Source: Eledone cirrhosa (lineage: Eukaryota). From it: DNA of 64,000 nucleotides. The DNA is taken from contig OZ024753.1 in the NCBI GenBank assembly GCA_964016885.1, forward strand, positions 558,001 to 622,000, in the 5' to 3' direction. The position numbers were made by a program, and so were the translations under genes. This document shows positions 34,616-48,352 of the stretch, one piece after another (positions within the stretch are counted from its first letter, which is position 1; the number at the start of each line of letters is the position of its first letter). A model generated the notes under the pieces. It saw nothing but the letters and a program-made list of their open reading frames with translations. It did not search any database and had not been told where the DNA came from.

Positions 34616-35259
34616 TCATGACTGAAACAAAGAACCCACCTTATCATTAATGTAGTCACTCATTGGTTCAAGGTTGAACTGTCGCCTAATCAGAGCCATA
34701 ATAGGATGTTGAATGCTTGACGCAAGTACGACAATCATGATCAGAGCAATAATCAAAGCAATCATAGCTGATATTTGCACCATGTTTGGTTTGCACTTAT
34801 ATATACGATCCAACAGTGAAGGAGCTTTTGCATTCATACTTGATGTTGGGGTTGTAGCTGCCTTCTCATTTGATACAGCTGATGCCTCAACCTGTGATAG
34901 TGGCGAAAAATGGCTGTTACTCTGAGACTGTACCCAGTGTTGTTCTAGTTCTTTGATCTGTTCATCCAGAGACAATTTGGTCGTGGTTTCTGGTTCCATA
35001 TTGAGGGTGTCAGCTAGAACGACATCAGATGACTCCGATACAGGAGTGCTGCCCTTCTGAGTGTCACCTGGAACCTGTAGAGCCGATTGTACTGAAACAG
35101 GAGATGCATCTCCTGATAATGCCTCAACATCTTGTGTCAATGTTTTGTCTTCTGGGGAGCTTTCACTGGAAGCAATTGGAGCACTTCTAGATGTATTCAT
35201 CTTCTCTGGACTGATGTGTTCCTCTTGATCAACTTTTCCAGGAACATCTACTGGCAATT
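34616..35259 (-). CDS. FRMD5: FRMD5/FRMD3-like FERM protein, terminal coding exon: Ser/Pro/Glu-rich linker and C-terminal TM helix
   Basis: Acceptor tcttgtcttttaatctccag; phase 1 matches the upstream exon; ~214 open codons; hydrophobic ISAMIALIIALIMIVVLASSI before TGA. Confidence 0.82.
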
Positions 35260-35339
35260 CTGGAGATTAAAAAGACAAGAAAATGAATAAATAACCAAGT
35301 ATTTGGAGATATTTAATAATATAACTAACCTTCTCATTA

Positions 35340-35565
35340 TTAACCCTTTAGCATTTAAACTGGCCATATCTGGCCAGAATCCTCTCACCTCTTTCTGTTC
35401 AAACCTGCTATAACTGGCTGCTCAAACTAATGTTAAGGTATTGTTCTCAAAATAAATAATATCAAAATCTCATAGATTCGATATTATGTGAGATAATTAT
35501 GAGAAATAAAGCTTACTGTGAACATAAAATAGTGAATATAAAGTAATGTAAATGTAAAAGGTTAA
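35340..35565. mobile_element. MITE family B nested in a family A copy
   Basis: Reverse complement of 14978-15193; TTAA flanks. Confidence 0.8.
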
Positions 35566-36363
35566 GATGGTATTTGGAATATAACAAAAGTTCTTATATA
35601 ACATTTTGATGGAAGGTTTATAAATATAAACACTTTAACCCGTTTGTCACTATTTTCTAATGAAATGTTTTCATTTCTTTAACATGTAACTCCTGGTGGA
35701 ATCATAGAGGTGCTGTAGTGACATACAGCATTTCTTGGGTATTTTAAAACCCTGGCAGAGCCCATCTCCTCTCCATGTTTGAACACAGCCGAATTTTTCC
35801 AGAAAAGAAGAGAACGAAAGAGAGCGTGATGGTGAGAGGTGAGAAAAAAATATTGAGGCAGAATTGACCCGAGTACTAGATTGCTACTCAATTTATTGAC
35901 TTCGAAAGTAAAAGGTGGCTTATAATTTCCAAATAATTTTGAAAATAATAAAGTATTTGGAGAGATTTACTAATAAAACTTTCTTATTATTAAGTTGCTG
36001 TTTGGAATATAATAGGTTCTTATATATAATTGTGATAGAAAGTTTATAGATAAATATAAACATTTTAAAATAAACAGTGTTCTATCATAGAACAACGGTT
36101 TTTTTTGAGCTGGTTAACAGTATATGAAAATACTGTAACACATCTCATTTTCACTACTTATATACAATGCCATTAATCATGAATTGCAAACAGAGAAAAT
36201 ACAATTCAGAATTGAGATATTATTTCCCCCCCAAATGGTGAAAACTATTAAATATGACACATGAGTATTTCTAAATTCTATTTCTTCATTTTGATTTAAG
36301 CAGGTGAAGAATAATAAAATGAATATATATATATTATGATATAATATAATATAATATAATAAT

Positions 36364-36420
<57 letters not shown>

Positions 36421-36427
<7 letters not shown>

Positions 36428-36673
36428 GTGAGGTTTTTTTACAAAATGAAAAAAAACGAGGTGTCCTACACGAGTGAAAGTATAAGGAAAAAAGATGAAA
36501 TCGAAAATGCAACTGGAGTCTTTTTTTTTTTTAAATATATTTATTTGGCTCCTTTACTGGTTTCGCAGTTCTTGTGCTTTTCAAAAGTTGAATTGAAATG
36601 GAGGGTTTGTGGTTTTTCTCACAGATATCTTTTTAAAAAAAACTCCAGTTGCATTTTAGATTTCATCTTTTTT

Positions 36674-36680
<7 letters not shown>
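36421..36680 (-). mobile_element. TA-anchored Penelope-like terminal fragment with 5' inverted duplication (arms 36481-36538 / 36624-36680)
   Basis: Homologous to 50005-50209; contains a hammerhead-like core. Confidence 0.7.
36552..36587 (-). ncRNA. Minimal hammerhead motif, U3-A8 core variant
   Basis: cuu-UUGAAAA-gca-caagaac-ugc-GAAA-CCAG-UA-aag. Confidence 0.6.
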
Positions 36681-36717
<37 letters not shown>

Positions 36718-37749
36718 TTATTTATTGAGAACCACAAAATTCTAACATATTTAATATGTTACATTTGTGTATATAACAAAGAGGGTGTGGTAAGACTCCA
36801 GGAGACCATAATGCACCAAAGTACTCGATACTTGGGGTAGTAGTTCGGATCTAACTGTTGAAACGGCTGGAGCTCAGCTGCCGGGGTCCTGAATCTTTTC
36901 ATATATATATATATATATATATGAGTGTATGTCCGTGAAACATGTACATATACACCAAGTCCGAACACAAAGAAACCAAAGTTCCACTGTCACTGCCTCC
37001 ATCTCTCCCGCTCTCCTCACCCCTCACTATTATGAGCAAATAAATAATTATAACTGTTTTGGAAAAGCTGATACAATGCAAGTTAGATATACAAGTCTTA
37101 AAACTAGAGAAAAGTAAGAAAACAACATAGCAACAAAGTATATTTTATGATATTTTGAAGGTTCTTTTGTTTGAAAAAGCAAAAGGAGATAGAATGTGGT
37201 GGTGTTTTATCAGGTAGTGTAAAAAATAAAAGCTCATATTTTTAAGTCAGAATTTCACCATCAATGAAAGTATGTATGCCTGTATGGAGCTGTAATTCCT
37301 AATGGAATCATAGGAGTCCCAAAGTGACATAAAACATTTCTTGGGCCTTTTAAACCTGGTAAAGCCCATCTTTTTCCAGGTCTGAATACAACTGATTTCT
37401 TCCACAGAAAGAGAAGGTGAAATAATTGATTCCTGTACTTATACTTTTTTTTTTATCAACTTTGAAGATGAAAGTCAAAGTCAACCTCTCAGAGATTTGA
37501 ACTTAGAGCATAGAGAACCCCAATGAATAACACAAGGATTTTATCCAATGTTCCAATGACTAACAATTTGCTGCCTTCAAGGAAAATATTGAAACAAAAA
37601 CTAAATTGAAATCATAAATACATAAATAACATAAAAACATTATCATTTACAATAAGATACAGAGAACAAATTCTATTAGTTATATATATATATATATATT
37701 AGTCTTCACATTTATTATTATTACTATATATACATATATATATACATTA

Positions 37750-37785
<36 letters not shown>

Positions 37786-38093
37786 TGTGCATGAAAAAAC
37801 AATGCACTATGGTTTTATTAAGCAGAATTCCACCAGATTCAATAGAAAGTTAGTAAAATTGGATATTATCAGAAATAGGATTAAGGGTTAGAATAACACA
37901 GCAAACATGTCTATTGTATCCTATTTAGGGGCTGCAGAGCTGTCTTTAGATAAACTAATTAATATATACATATAGGTAGGTAGTGTATATATATATATAT
38001 ATATGTATATATATGTATATATATGTATATATATGTATATATATGTATATATATGTATATATATGTATATATATGTATATATATGTATATATA

Positions 38094-38212
<119 letters not shown>

Positions 38213-38261
38213 TTGATGGCTAAGAGAAGGGAGTACTTAATACCAAAGTAGAGTTTTAATA

Positions 38262-38307
38262 TTGTCTGATGACCCTGTGATAAATAGGTGAAATTCCAGG
38301 GTAAAAA
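38262..38307 (+). ncRNA. Degenerate hammerhead-like motif
   Basis: uugu-CUGAUGA-c-ccu...agg-u-GAAA-uuccagg-GUA-aaaa; stems I and III imperfect. Confidence 0.4.
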
Positions 38308-38325
38308 GACTCACTTTTTAGCCTT

Positions 38326-38518
38326 AATAATAATTGTTTCTACTTTTGGCACAAGGCCAGCAATTACCCAGTGCATTACTGGTACTTTATTTTATCGACC
38401 CCGTAAGGATGAAAGGCAAAGTTAACCTCGGCGGGATTTGAACTCAGAATGGCAAGGGCCGTAACTATGCGTCAAAGCATGGCGTCCGACCCTCTACCGA
38501 TACTGCCAATCCACTGCA
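38326..38518 (-). mobile_element. Young Meta-type tRNA-SINE, near-identical to 47670-47860
   Basis: CpG-retaining copy; B-box; central TTTTATCGACCCCGTAAGGATGAAAGGC. Confidence 0.85.
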
Positions 38519-39493
38519 ATAATAATGAATATATATATATGTGTGTGTGTATATATATATACACACAATTTGTTTTTATATTTGTTGGCAACATGACCCT
38601 CCCAAAGTATAACAATATATATATATATATATAAAAGCAGCAAATGCATACAGTTACATAAGACAAATAGACAGATGGCACTTGACCCTTTCAACCATAT
38701 TATTTCTACATTGTACTTCACTATTTTTTAAGATTGAAAAGTTTGGGATTACCATAGTCACCCTATTCCTCTACAGCTCCATGGCCCCCATTTTTCTATG
38801 TACAAACATACATCTACATAAGCACAAGTGTGTGAATGTTAGCAATTAATTTGTTGATCACAGCAATGGAGAATTAAACAAGGTCAAACTAAGTGGCAGA
38901 TTAAACAGGCGTGGGGCACTTGGTAGAAAATTTCATCAGTGGAAATATCATCATTATAGTTACAAAAAAATTAACTTGGGGCCTCTGACTACAGACTAGT
39001 CAGTCACCCCTCCACCTCATTACTCCACCACCAGTCAAACATTGTTAATTCATTTACAAAATTCATCTATTTTATGGGTTTTTTTTAAAAAAATATATCA
39101 AATATCTTCTAGAGACCACTGTGCAGAAACAAATAAACAAAACAAAAGGAAAAATCTGTTTTTAAAAGGTATTATAATTAGTTAATAATATAATTGGTTA
39201 ATAAAATTAGTTATCAATACAGATGGAAAATATTACAAGGTCAAACCTTATCAGTTCATACAACAATATATTTTATTTCAGTTTTGATAGTAAAAAACTA
39301 CTTAAGAACATGAAGTATTAAAAGATTGACTTCAGAGTACCTTAGGATAAAATAGAACTTTTCAGACCACCTTTGTAACATACACACATATACATACAAA
39401 CATACACACACATATATATATAATCACATATATACATATATATAGCTATACACACACACACACACACATATATATACATATATATAGGTATAT

Positions 39494-39534
<41 letters not shown>

Positions 39535-39569
39535 TATATACACACATACATATATATATATATAGGTAT

Positions 39570-39604
<35 letters not shown>

Positions 39605-39764
39605 GACACATATATATACATTACATAGATATATACACACAGTTATGTACATGTATATACATTATATATATATATATATAAAAGGTAAACAGAAATAACA
39701 ACACAATCGGTACAGTATATGGAAGGTATATATTAGGTTAACGCTTGATATAGCAGGAAGAGGG

Positions 39765-39800
39765 TCTTAACGTTTCGGACGCTAGTCCTTCATCAGAAGA
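39765..39800 (-). ncRNA. Minimal type-I hammerhead ribozyme motif with intact consensus core
   Basis: UCUU-CUGAUGA-a-GGAC-uagc-GUCC-GAA-ACGU-U-AAGA: stem I UCUU/AAGA, stem II GGAC/GUCC, palindromic stem III ACGU. Confidence 0.75.
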
Positions 39801-39957
39801 AAGAATGAGAAATAAGATAGATTGAGGGGATGGGTGGGATGGAATTATGTATATATATATATATATGTATATATATATGTATATATATATATATGTATAT
39901 ATATATATTGTTCTACTTTGGGAGGGTCATGTTGCCAATAACAAATTCAGAAACGAA

Positions 39958-40076
<119 letters not shown>

Positions 40077-40249
40077 TCTACACATATTTACATATATCTA
40101 CACATATTTACATACGCACAAACACACGCACACACACACATACACATACACATATAAGGCTAACTTAACTGGATTCATTTTCATAAAAAAGTAAATTTCC
40201 ACAACCCTCAGTAGAATATAATAATAGAGACACCATTGTTTTAATTATA

Positions 40250-40710
40250 ATAATAATGGTTTCTACTTTTGGCCCAAGGTCAGCAATTTGAAGGGAAGGG
40301 GAAATTGGATTAAACTGAGCGCAGTACATTACTGGTACATTACTTTATCAGCCCCCCATAAGGACGAAAAGCAAACTTGACCTTAGAATGTCCAGAACTG
40401 AAACAAATACTGCTAAGTATTTGTCCAACACTAACAACTCGGCCACTCCACTGTTCTTCTAGAAGGAGGGAAGAAATAATGATTTCTAATTCAGGCACAA
40501 GGAAGGCCAGCAATTTGTGGTGAGAGGCAAGTTGATTATATTGACCTCAGTTCTTTACTGGTGCTTTTTATTATTGACCCCCCCCCCCCCCCCCCCCCAC
40601 ACACACACACCTCCTCTTTCATGGAAGGATGAAAAGCAAAGTTGGCCTTGGCAAGATTTTAATCCAATCCAAAATGTAAAGAGTGAAGCTTAATACCAAC
40701 AGGCATTCTG
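40250..40710 (-). mobile_element. Two adjacent Meta-type SINE copies
   Basis: Homology to 38326-38518. Confidence 0.7.
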
Positions 40711-42228
40711 TCCACAGGACAAGAGGAGCTTCTTGACAAATGCCACAGCTAAGACATTGAGGTCACCATAGAAGTGACAGAAAGGAATGTAGGAAATTTA
40801 AGAATCAAAGAGGCCATAATCATCAAGAAACAACCACAGATAAATAATAGATTAGAAATGCATGAAGCAGATTGGCTACAATAGCTGCTCCATACATGTG
40901 TATTTTAGATAAACTACTTAGGGAAGAACACATCGATTGTTCATTTTGTTTTGAACCATTTTTGTTTTTACATTTGAAAAGAGAGTATTAGCCCTGAAAT
41001 ATGTTGAAATAGATTTGGTAGAAACATTACTTTGTTTTGTTTTATTTGTTTTCATTTGCCTTTTATATATTCCTACCACATTATACCAGCTTTCTGAAAC
41101 TTAGTCATTTATTACATATCTCACAACACTTCATATTTACGAAACTACTTTAATAATTATAATACTGATGATGATAATGATGATGATAGTAACAGTATGT
41201 TACAGTAATTTATAAAAAAAAAATCTATGAAGTTTTAATCAAAGTTAGAAGAAATAATACGAAAGGGTTAAAGATTCTCGTTACTTTTTTTTTAAAGAGT
41301 TTTAATTGAGTGAATGAGAATAATTAAGTAATGAAGCAGAAACAGAAGCGAAAGAGATAAAAAAACAAAAAAAAACACTATAAGCATTACAAAACTTCCA
41401 TTAATAAGGAATGACAAATATTCTTGTAGCTAATTAACGCTGGTTGAGCAAGTTGCTTAAATATGAACAGAAGAAAGCACTGAGATAACCATCAAAATAA
41501 AGCGTGAGATTTTTGGACGTGCAACAGATGGACTTATTTGAAAAGACGAAGATTTTGAAAAGACATTTTGAAACAGAAATACTTCCAAGATAGATTTATG
41601 GAGGGAAAAAAATGAGTGAAATAGCTACTTTCATGTGCTCCTGATAGAGTTGTAGAGGCATCTTTGTGATATATAGTGTGTCTTGGGCATTTTAAACTTG
41701 GCAGAGCCCATCTCTCTCCAGGTTTCTTCCAGAGAGAGAAAGAGAGAGAGATAGAGAAAGAGAGTGTCAAAGATATAGTAGGAAATTCAACCCAATATTA
41801 AACCGGTAACTTTTTTTTATCAACCTTGAAAGGATGGAAGGCAAACTTGACCTTGGTTGGATTTGAACTCAACACAAATATCACAAACCATTCTATCAAA
41901 CGTTCTAATTGAAGAAAACAATTACATATGCCTCTTTTTCCCCAAAATAGAATGAAATACTTGCTTAATATGATGATGATGGTGAGGTTTGTTAAATCAG
42001 ATTTTAACTTAAAACAAGAATTTTAAGTGAAACTCTATATGATCGACAGATGGCCATATGTAAAAAAATAAAATAAAACAAAAACAAGAAGTTAAAGAGC
42101 CACAGAAGATGTTTTAATCCAATGAGCAGACTGTAACCATAAATAAGACTCCTATACTGGAGAGCAAGCTAACTAAAAATGAGGCTGGTTGCAATACAAT
42201 GATATAAAGAAAGCACTATTGCAGCATT

Positions 42229-42454
42229 TTAACTCTTAACGTCCTGTACCCTGTGCGACTACATTAGCAAGACATTCTTGAAAAGTATAAAGCAGCACTA
42301 TGACTGCATCCCATAAAAAATTAAAGTCTTTTTGTTTAATACTGCAAATTTTTACAAGGATCTGTCCACCAGTAAAGATACTATACACATTTGAATTAAC
42401 AAACTCATATTTTAGATATTTTCTTCTAAATCATTACAGGATGTTAAGAGTTAC
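42229..42454. mobile_element. MITE family C (TIR CTCTTAACRTCCTG); other copies at 27723-27860 and 45900-46085
   Basis: Terminal inverted repeats, left TTAA, cross-copy homology. Confidence 0.65.
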
Positions 42455-43021
42455 GGAAATCAACACAAGAAAGCTGGTTAAAGCTCTGCCTTTTCTTGGT
42501 TTTGATCTTGTTTCCATTTTTTTTCTAGCTTGTTATATTGTTAATAGAAACCACGCTTTCTTTTTAGAAATTTAAAAAAACAAACAGACAGAGGAATTAT
42601 AATTGATACTTGGAAGAAAAGGAGAAGAGGGAACCCACTAAGAGGGTTACCTCAAGGGAACCCACTAAGAAGGTTACCTCAAGTGAAATTGCTCAAGTAG
42701 AAGCAAGAAAAACAAATCATTCAGACATGCAAAGACAGAGAAATTAGAGGTTATCAACTGAATAAAAATATAGAGAGACTTTTGTCTTTTTTTTTTTTGG
42801 AAGAACACAACAAATTAACAAGCGACTTAATTTTGTGTGCAAGAAGCACCATGAGAGTACACTGGAGACCTCATGGAGATGGCTTATTGTAAGGGAGAAA
42901 ATGCAACTTACAGCACTGAATTCTATCTACCAAGGTACTGATTTACATATATAAGGGGACTGAGGTTATTCAGAGTTAATTATCTTTGATAGAGATACAC
43001 CATTGTTGCATTTACATGCTA

Positions 43022-43248
43022 TTAACCCTTTTGTGATTTCTATTTCTAATGAAATAACTATTTCAATCAATTAATGAAGAATTTTGAGGGATTTACTAAA
43101 ATTATTTATTATTTCATTACTAAAATAGTAACTTAACATATATAAAATTATCGTAGAAGGTCTTGATTTAAATAAGAACTCTTTAAAACGTGATTTAGTT
43201 TCATAGAACCAGAACCAGTTTTGGCCAAGTTGGTATCAAAAAGGTTAA
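43022..43248. mobile_element. MITE family A copy
   Basis: TTAA flanks; homology to 12729-12975. Confidence 0.7.
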
Positions 43249-43604
43249 GTGTCATCATCATTTAACATATGCCTTCCATACTAGCATGGATTGGACAGAT
43301 CTCATCTTGCCCATATGTTTCATATTTTGGCATAATTTTTATGGCTTTCCTAATACCAGCTATTTTATATGGGTACATTTTATCATGGCACAAGCACTGC
43401 CACTTTACAGAGTGTACTGGGAGTATTTTATTGTGGCACCAGCACTATAGAGGTGTCATATGTTTGGCCAGACTGGAGAGGCCTATCAAATTCTATATTG
43501 TCTCCATTCAATTGCCAGCCACTTTACTGAATGTACTGAGTGAATTTTATTAATTCTATAAATTTAGCCATCAACAAATTTCAATAGTAATCAACCAAAA
43601 TGAA

Positions 43605-44090
43605 AACGTCTCCTGTGGGTTGGTTTTGCCCATAAAATCTGTCCAGCTATTCTTTCCTGGGACAATTTAACCACCTTAGTATTGGAGCTGTGATCTCTCA
43701 ATTTGGAGAAGTAGCAGCTCTACCTGGATTGACTCTCTGATCTCTGAGTTACACACTCTATTGAGTAACATTACTACAAAGAGCCTTTGGAGGAATTCCA
43801 TTTTGGCTGCTTGTATTCGAGATTGTATTCTTGTGGTCATTACCCAAGATTCATGACCATAGGTAAGGGTTGTACGAAAACCGAATTGAAGATAGCGAGT
43901 TTGGCTTTTAAGCCTAACTCCCTTCTCTTGAGCAAGATGGTCGGATAATATCCTTGAGCTTGGCTGGTCACACTTCAAAATCCAGCCGGATCAATTGGAG
44001 ATGGTTGCTTCTAACAGGACCTGCTGGAAGGGGTGTTTGAGGACTCTTCCCCCACGACCCTCTCAGGATTAAGTGGGTGAAGAAGAAGAA
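43605..44090 (+). mobile_element. RTE 3' fragment with inverted 5' segment and (GAA)n tail
   Basis: 43605-43925 encodes TLTYGHESWVMT on the minus strand; 43930-44090 encodes RWSDNILELGW...PPRPS on the plus strand; collinear copy at 61690-62090. Confidence 0.75.
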
Positions 44091-44548
44091 ATAAAAACTT
44101 GAGAAAATTAAAATCTAAATACTACATATCAAGGATAAATGCATACTTTTATATAAATTGAATTGTTTTTCTTTTTTCTAAGAATTTCTGATGCTACACT
44201 ACTACACTACTACACTACTACTATAAATGTCACTTGCAATCAAGTATAACTATGTGCTATGCTTTCTCTAAGGGTTTTAAGTGCCCATGCAGTCATAAGC
44301 AGACAAATAATTGCTTAACCCTTCTTCCCTCCCTCAACCCAGCAGAATATCAAAGATGTGAATGCAATTTAGACTTACTAATTTTTAACTAATTCTTGTA
44401 TAAGTTCTGTGTGAAGAATTGATTGAAGTACAGAAACGTTTGTAGAATGATGCAACTGAATAAAAAGTAATGATCCTAATACACTGTTATTGTGATAATC
44501 CCCCTCTCTCCCTCACACACACACACACACACACACATGTATATGTGT

Positions 44549-44599
<51 letters not shown>

Positions 44600-44998
44600 T
44601 ATATATAAATATATATATATATATAAATATATATATGTATGTATGTATAAAAGAGAAAATATTTCCCCCTTTGTTTTGTTAGCATTTCTTCCAAGAAAGT
44701 TGATGCGTTACTTTTTTTCTTGATACATTTTAAAACATATCTTTAAAATATCAAACAAGCAGGTTAGAGAGGGTATTTCATTACTGTATTAAAAAGTGAC
44801 TAAAAGAAGTTATTCTAAATGTGAGCTGAAGTTTGTTTTATGGGAGCAGATAATAGTTTTAGATATAAAGGATTATTAGCCAGCTCATGATAGTCTCTCA
44901 GTCTGACCTCTTACTAAATAGCCACGGGATGGAAGTGTGCTTCTAGAATTCACCATCTTGGAATTAATTCATTGGAGAGAAACAATAAATAAACTTAC

Positions 44999-45016
44999 CA
45001 TTATATCTTGCTTTTG
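44999..45016 (-). CDS. FRMD5: Candidate 18-nt microexon of the FRMD5-like gene (adds AKARYN)
   Basis: ccctaac-aaattttcctctgcctttatttc-atgatgtgtag|CAAAAGCAAGATATAATG|gtaagt; phase 1-1, no stop. Confidence 0.58.
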
Positions 45017-45428
45017 CTACACATCATGAAATAAAGGCAGAGGAAAATTTGTTAGGGTCAATGATTGTTTTCTTTTCAAATATTAAGGAATATAAAAAAA
45101 AAAAAAATCTGATTATAGAAAGCAGTTTGGAATGATTGGGTTGATGATGGTCTGGAGAGAGACACAATGGTGAATATTCAAATGGAACAGAAAAAAAGCA
45201 AATATCACTGAGAAAGAAAGAAAAACAAAAATAAAATAATTTTTAATATTAAATTAGAGTTAACAACTTTAACACATATTTTTGACTATATAAATTGTCT
45301 ATGTTGAACCCATGGAACAGGAATAATAGACATTAAATCAAAAACATGCATGGAAGCCATTAACTAAGTTAACTTAATATTCAAACTTTGTAACTCCCTC
45401 AATAGTCCTAAAAATAGATTATATATAT

Positions 45429-45474
<46 letters not shown>

Positions 45475-45478
<4 letters not shown>

Positions 45479-45855
45479 AAGTTTCATGGCTCTGGTACTG
45501 TAGATTTGAACGAAACTCCACTATTCAGGTGTGGTGACAGAAACAACTGCACAGGTGTGAGTGGGGTGATTCGCAAGTCCCTGGCTGTCAGAATGTGTAA
45601 TGGAATGGATCCCATTGGGAAGGAGAATTTGCCTTTTGAAGCTTAGGCTGAAAAAAGGCTTCAGTGGGTGGTGCAAGTTTAGGCGACAAACAAAGATGTT
45701 GAATAGCGATCCTTTCTTCATGAAGTCACTGCAGCATTAAATGTAGTTAAGACTAAGTCATATACCTTACTGGAAGACTTCAATGCAAATGTTGGCACTG
45801 ATCATCTAACATAGAAAGGAGTGATTAGAAGGAACAGCAACCCAAATCTAAATAT
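45475..45855 (+). mobile_element. Decayed RTE APE-endonuclease fragment
   Basis: ILLEDFNANVG...KGVIRRNSNPNLN (GDFNA-like motif) with stops. Confidence 0.65.
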
Positions 45856-46144
45856 GAAATTATTTATATATATATATAAACTCATGAACCACACAAAACC
45901 TCATTAGCAAGACATTCTTGAAAAATATAAAACAACACTGTGACTGCAACATATTAAGCATTTAAGTCTTATTCTAATACTGCAAATTTTCATAACAATC
46001 TGTCCACTAGTAAAGATACTATAAACATGAATTAACAAACCTATTTTTAGATATTTTCTGCTCAATCATTGCAGGATGTTAAGAAAATCCACAGTAAGCA
46101 CAGTCAGAAGGAGGCAAAGAAAAGGCTTAAGCTATATATTTGAA

Positions 46145-46452
46145 TTGTTGGACCTCCATAATTTCTGCCAATGAGTATTCCAGTTAAATCAACAGAACTG
46201 TTGGCTTGTGAAATTAATATGTAAGTGGCTGAGTATTCCACAGACACATGCACCTACAACGTAGTTCTCAGGGAGACTCAACATGACACAGTGTGTGACA
46301 AGGCTGGCCCTTTGGATTAAATGTACAACTCATTTTTGCCAGCTGAGTGGACTGCAGCAAAATGAAATAAAGTGCCTTTGTCAAGGACATACCATGCCAT
46401 GCAGTCTGGGAATCAAACTCATGAGCCTAACCATTAAACTATGCACCTTCAC
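46145..46452 (-). mobile_element. Near full-length copy of the second tRNA-SINE family
   Basis: Homologous to 49676-49960; CAGCTGAGTGGACTG core. Confidence 0.75.
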
Positions 46453-47669
46453 ATTTGAGTAACACTAAATAATACAAAAAAATAATTCAACATACTTTAA
46501 GATGATTTGAGAAAATGTTAAGAATTCTGTTTACAAAAAAAACCCCCAAAAAAACAAACAAAACAAAAACAAAAACAATCCAAGCAAGATCAGTTTGAAT
46601 TGTAGCAGAATCAAAGTAACATTTTTCTTACCATATTTCTAATTAAAAACTGCTGGTTATTTTCAAATAGTGGTTGGTCTACCTGGCTACTTTCTCATTA
46701 TTCAGTTGTGTTTGGAAAATAACTTAAAGGTTTTTTCATAAAATTGTGATGGAAGTTTTTTTTTTAATATAAATATATACCTTTTAACTTATACATTATT
46801 ATATTTCTAAGTAATGACATTGTCTTTGATTTTCAAATCTTTTTGAAAATATTCTTTAACAGGCGAAACGGTACAAGCTTTACACTATCTCATTTGTTTT
46901 ATCCTAGAAATCTGTGAAGACCTTAAACCTATGGATATAATCATTGGTACTACAGTTGCAAGACTAAATAATGTCTTCTGCAGTTCTTTGATTGCTGATA
47001 TGTTGTTCATCACCTTAGTAACTGTTAATAATAGTTATATCGCTATGGTAACCGCTAATAATAGTTTCAGCAGCAACAGTCAACAAGTGAACTAACAAAG
47101 AAATCAGTAAAACTAAATAGAAATGAAAAAAGAGGGAGGGGAAAGAGACAAAACAAGAAAGAAATTTCATCTAATCCAACGGCCCCCCCCCCCCCTCCCG
47201 AGATCTTGAAAGTGACTTGAAACAAACACCTGAAGCCAGGTATGAAGCACAGAAATTGGCAGACAAATAGAAACTGTTCTGATGTCCAAGGTCTGGAACT
47301 TAATTCTTGTATGATTCAATAGCACAAATAATGATTTTCACCGAAGCTGGGGTGTCGCAGGTCCCCCAAGGTCTAAATCTAGTCTTTCTCTCATCTGATG
47401 GGTCTCAGACCATGACAACCTATGCAACCCATACCAGCGTAGATATAAGGGGTAATATGTGCATATGGAAAATTAATCACTCTTTATGTATTAGGTATAT
47501 TTAAGTCTTTTGTTACCATATTTCTAATGAAACATACTAACTATAGTTTACAAATCATTTTGAAAATGATTAAAAATTAGGATGGATTTAATAATATAAC
47601 TAACTTTCTTATAAATAAGCTGGTATTTGGAATATAATTTAAGAAAGGTTCTTATTCTTATATGAAATT

Positions 47670-47860
47670 ATAATTGTTTATACTTTAGGCACAAGGCCAG
47701 CAATTACCCAGTACATTACTGGTACTTTATTTTATCGACCCCGTAAGGATGAAAGGCAAAGTTAACCTCGGCGGGATTTGAACTCAGATCATAAAGGTCC
47801 GTAACTCTTCGCTGTAAAGCATGGCGTCCGACCCTCTACCGATACTGCCACTCCATCGCC
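47670..47860 (-). mobile_element. Young Meta-type SINE inserted in a MITE A copy (47505-47955)
   Basis: Flanked by the direct repeat ATATGAAATTATAAT (target-site duplication). Confidence 0.85.
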
Positions 47861-48352
47861 ATATGAAATTATAATGGCAGGTTTTTAGATAAATATAAAC
47901 ACTTTAAAATAAACACCAGGAGCATTCTCAGGGGGTTTGGCACCAACAGGGATTAAATAACTCATACTCCCACCCAACCCTCCAAAAATCAATTAATAGC
48001 TGCCCTATTCAAAAACTTAGGAGATGCAGTGAACAGGACTTACACAAAAATAATAAAAAAATGTTTTGCCAGGAAGAGCCCATATCCTGTGCAAAACATT
48101 ATCGATTCAACAGCACAGTTCAAACAGTGCATTCACCACACACAACACACACCTTACACAAAACAACTCAACTCACACAACATAAATACCCAACCATATA
48201 CAATAGAACAAACATTAACCTTTAGCACGCTAGTAATTTTTATGAGTTGTTTCCCTTGACACTGCATTATCTATTAAGGGGAGATTACTCATATGGTGTA
48301 TTTTGTCGCCCACAGCATGCTGAACGTTAAAATAACACAGGAAACAACAAAC

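Noticed and set aside
38430-38518. tRNA genes at B-box-like GAGTTCAAATCC motifs
   Set aside because: All are SINE heads joined to the shared SINE body; no complete cloverleaf seen
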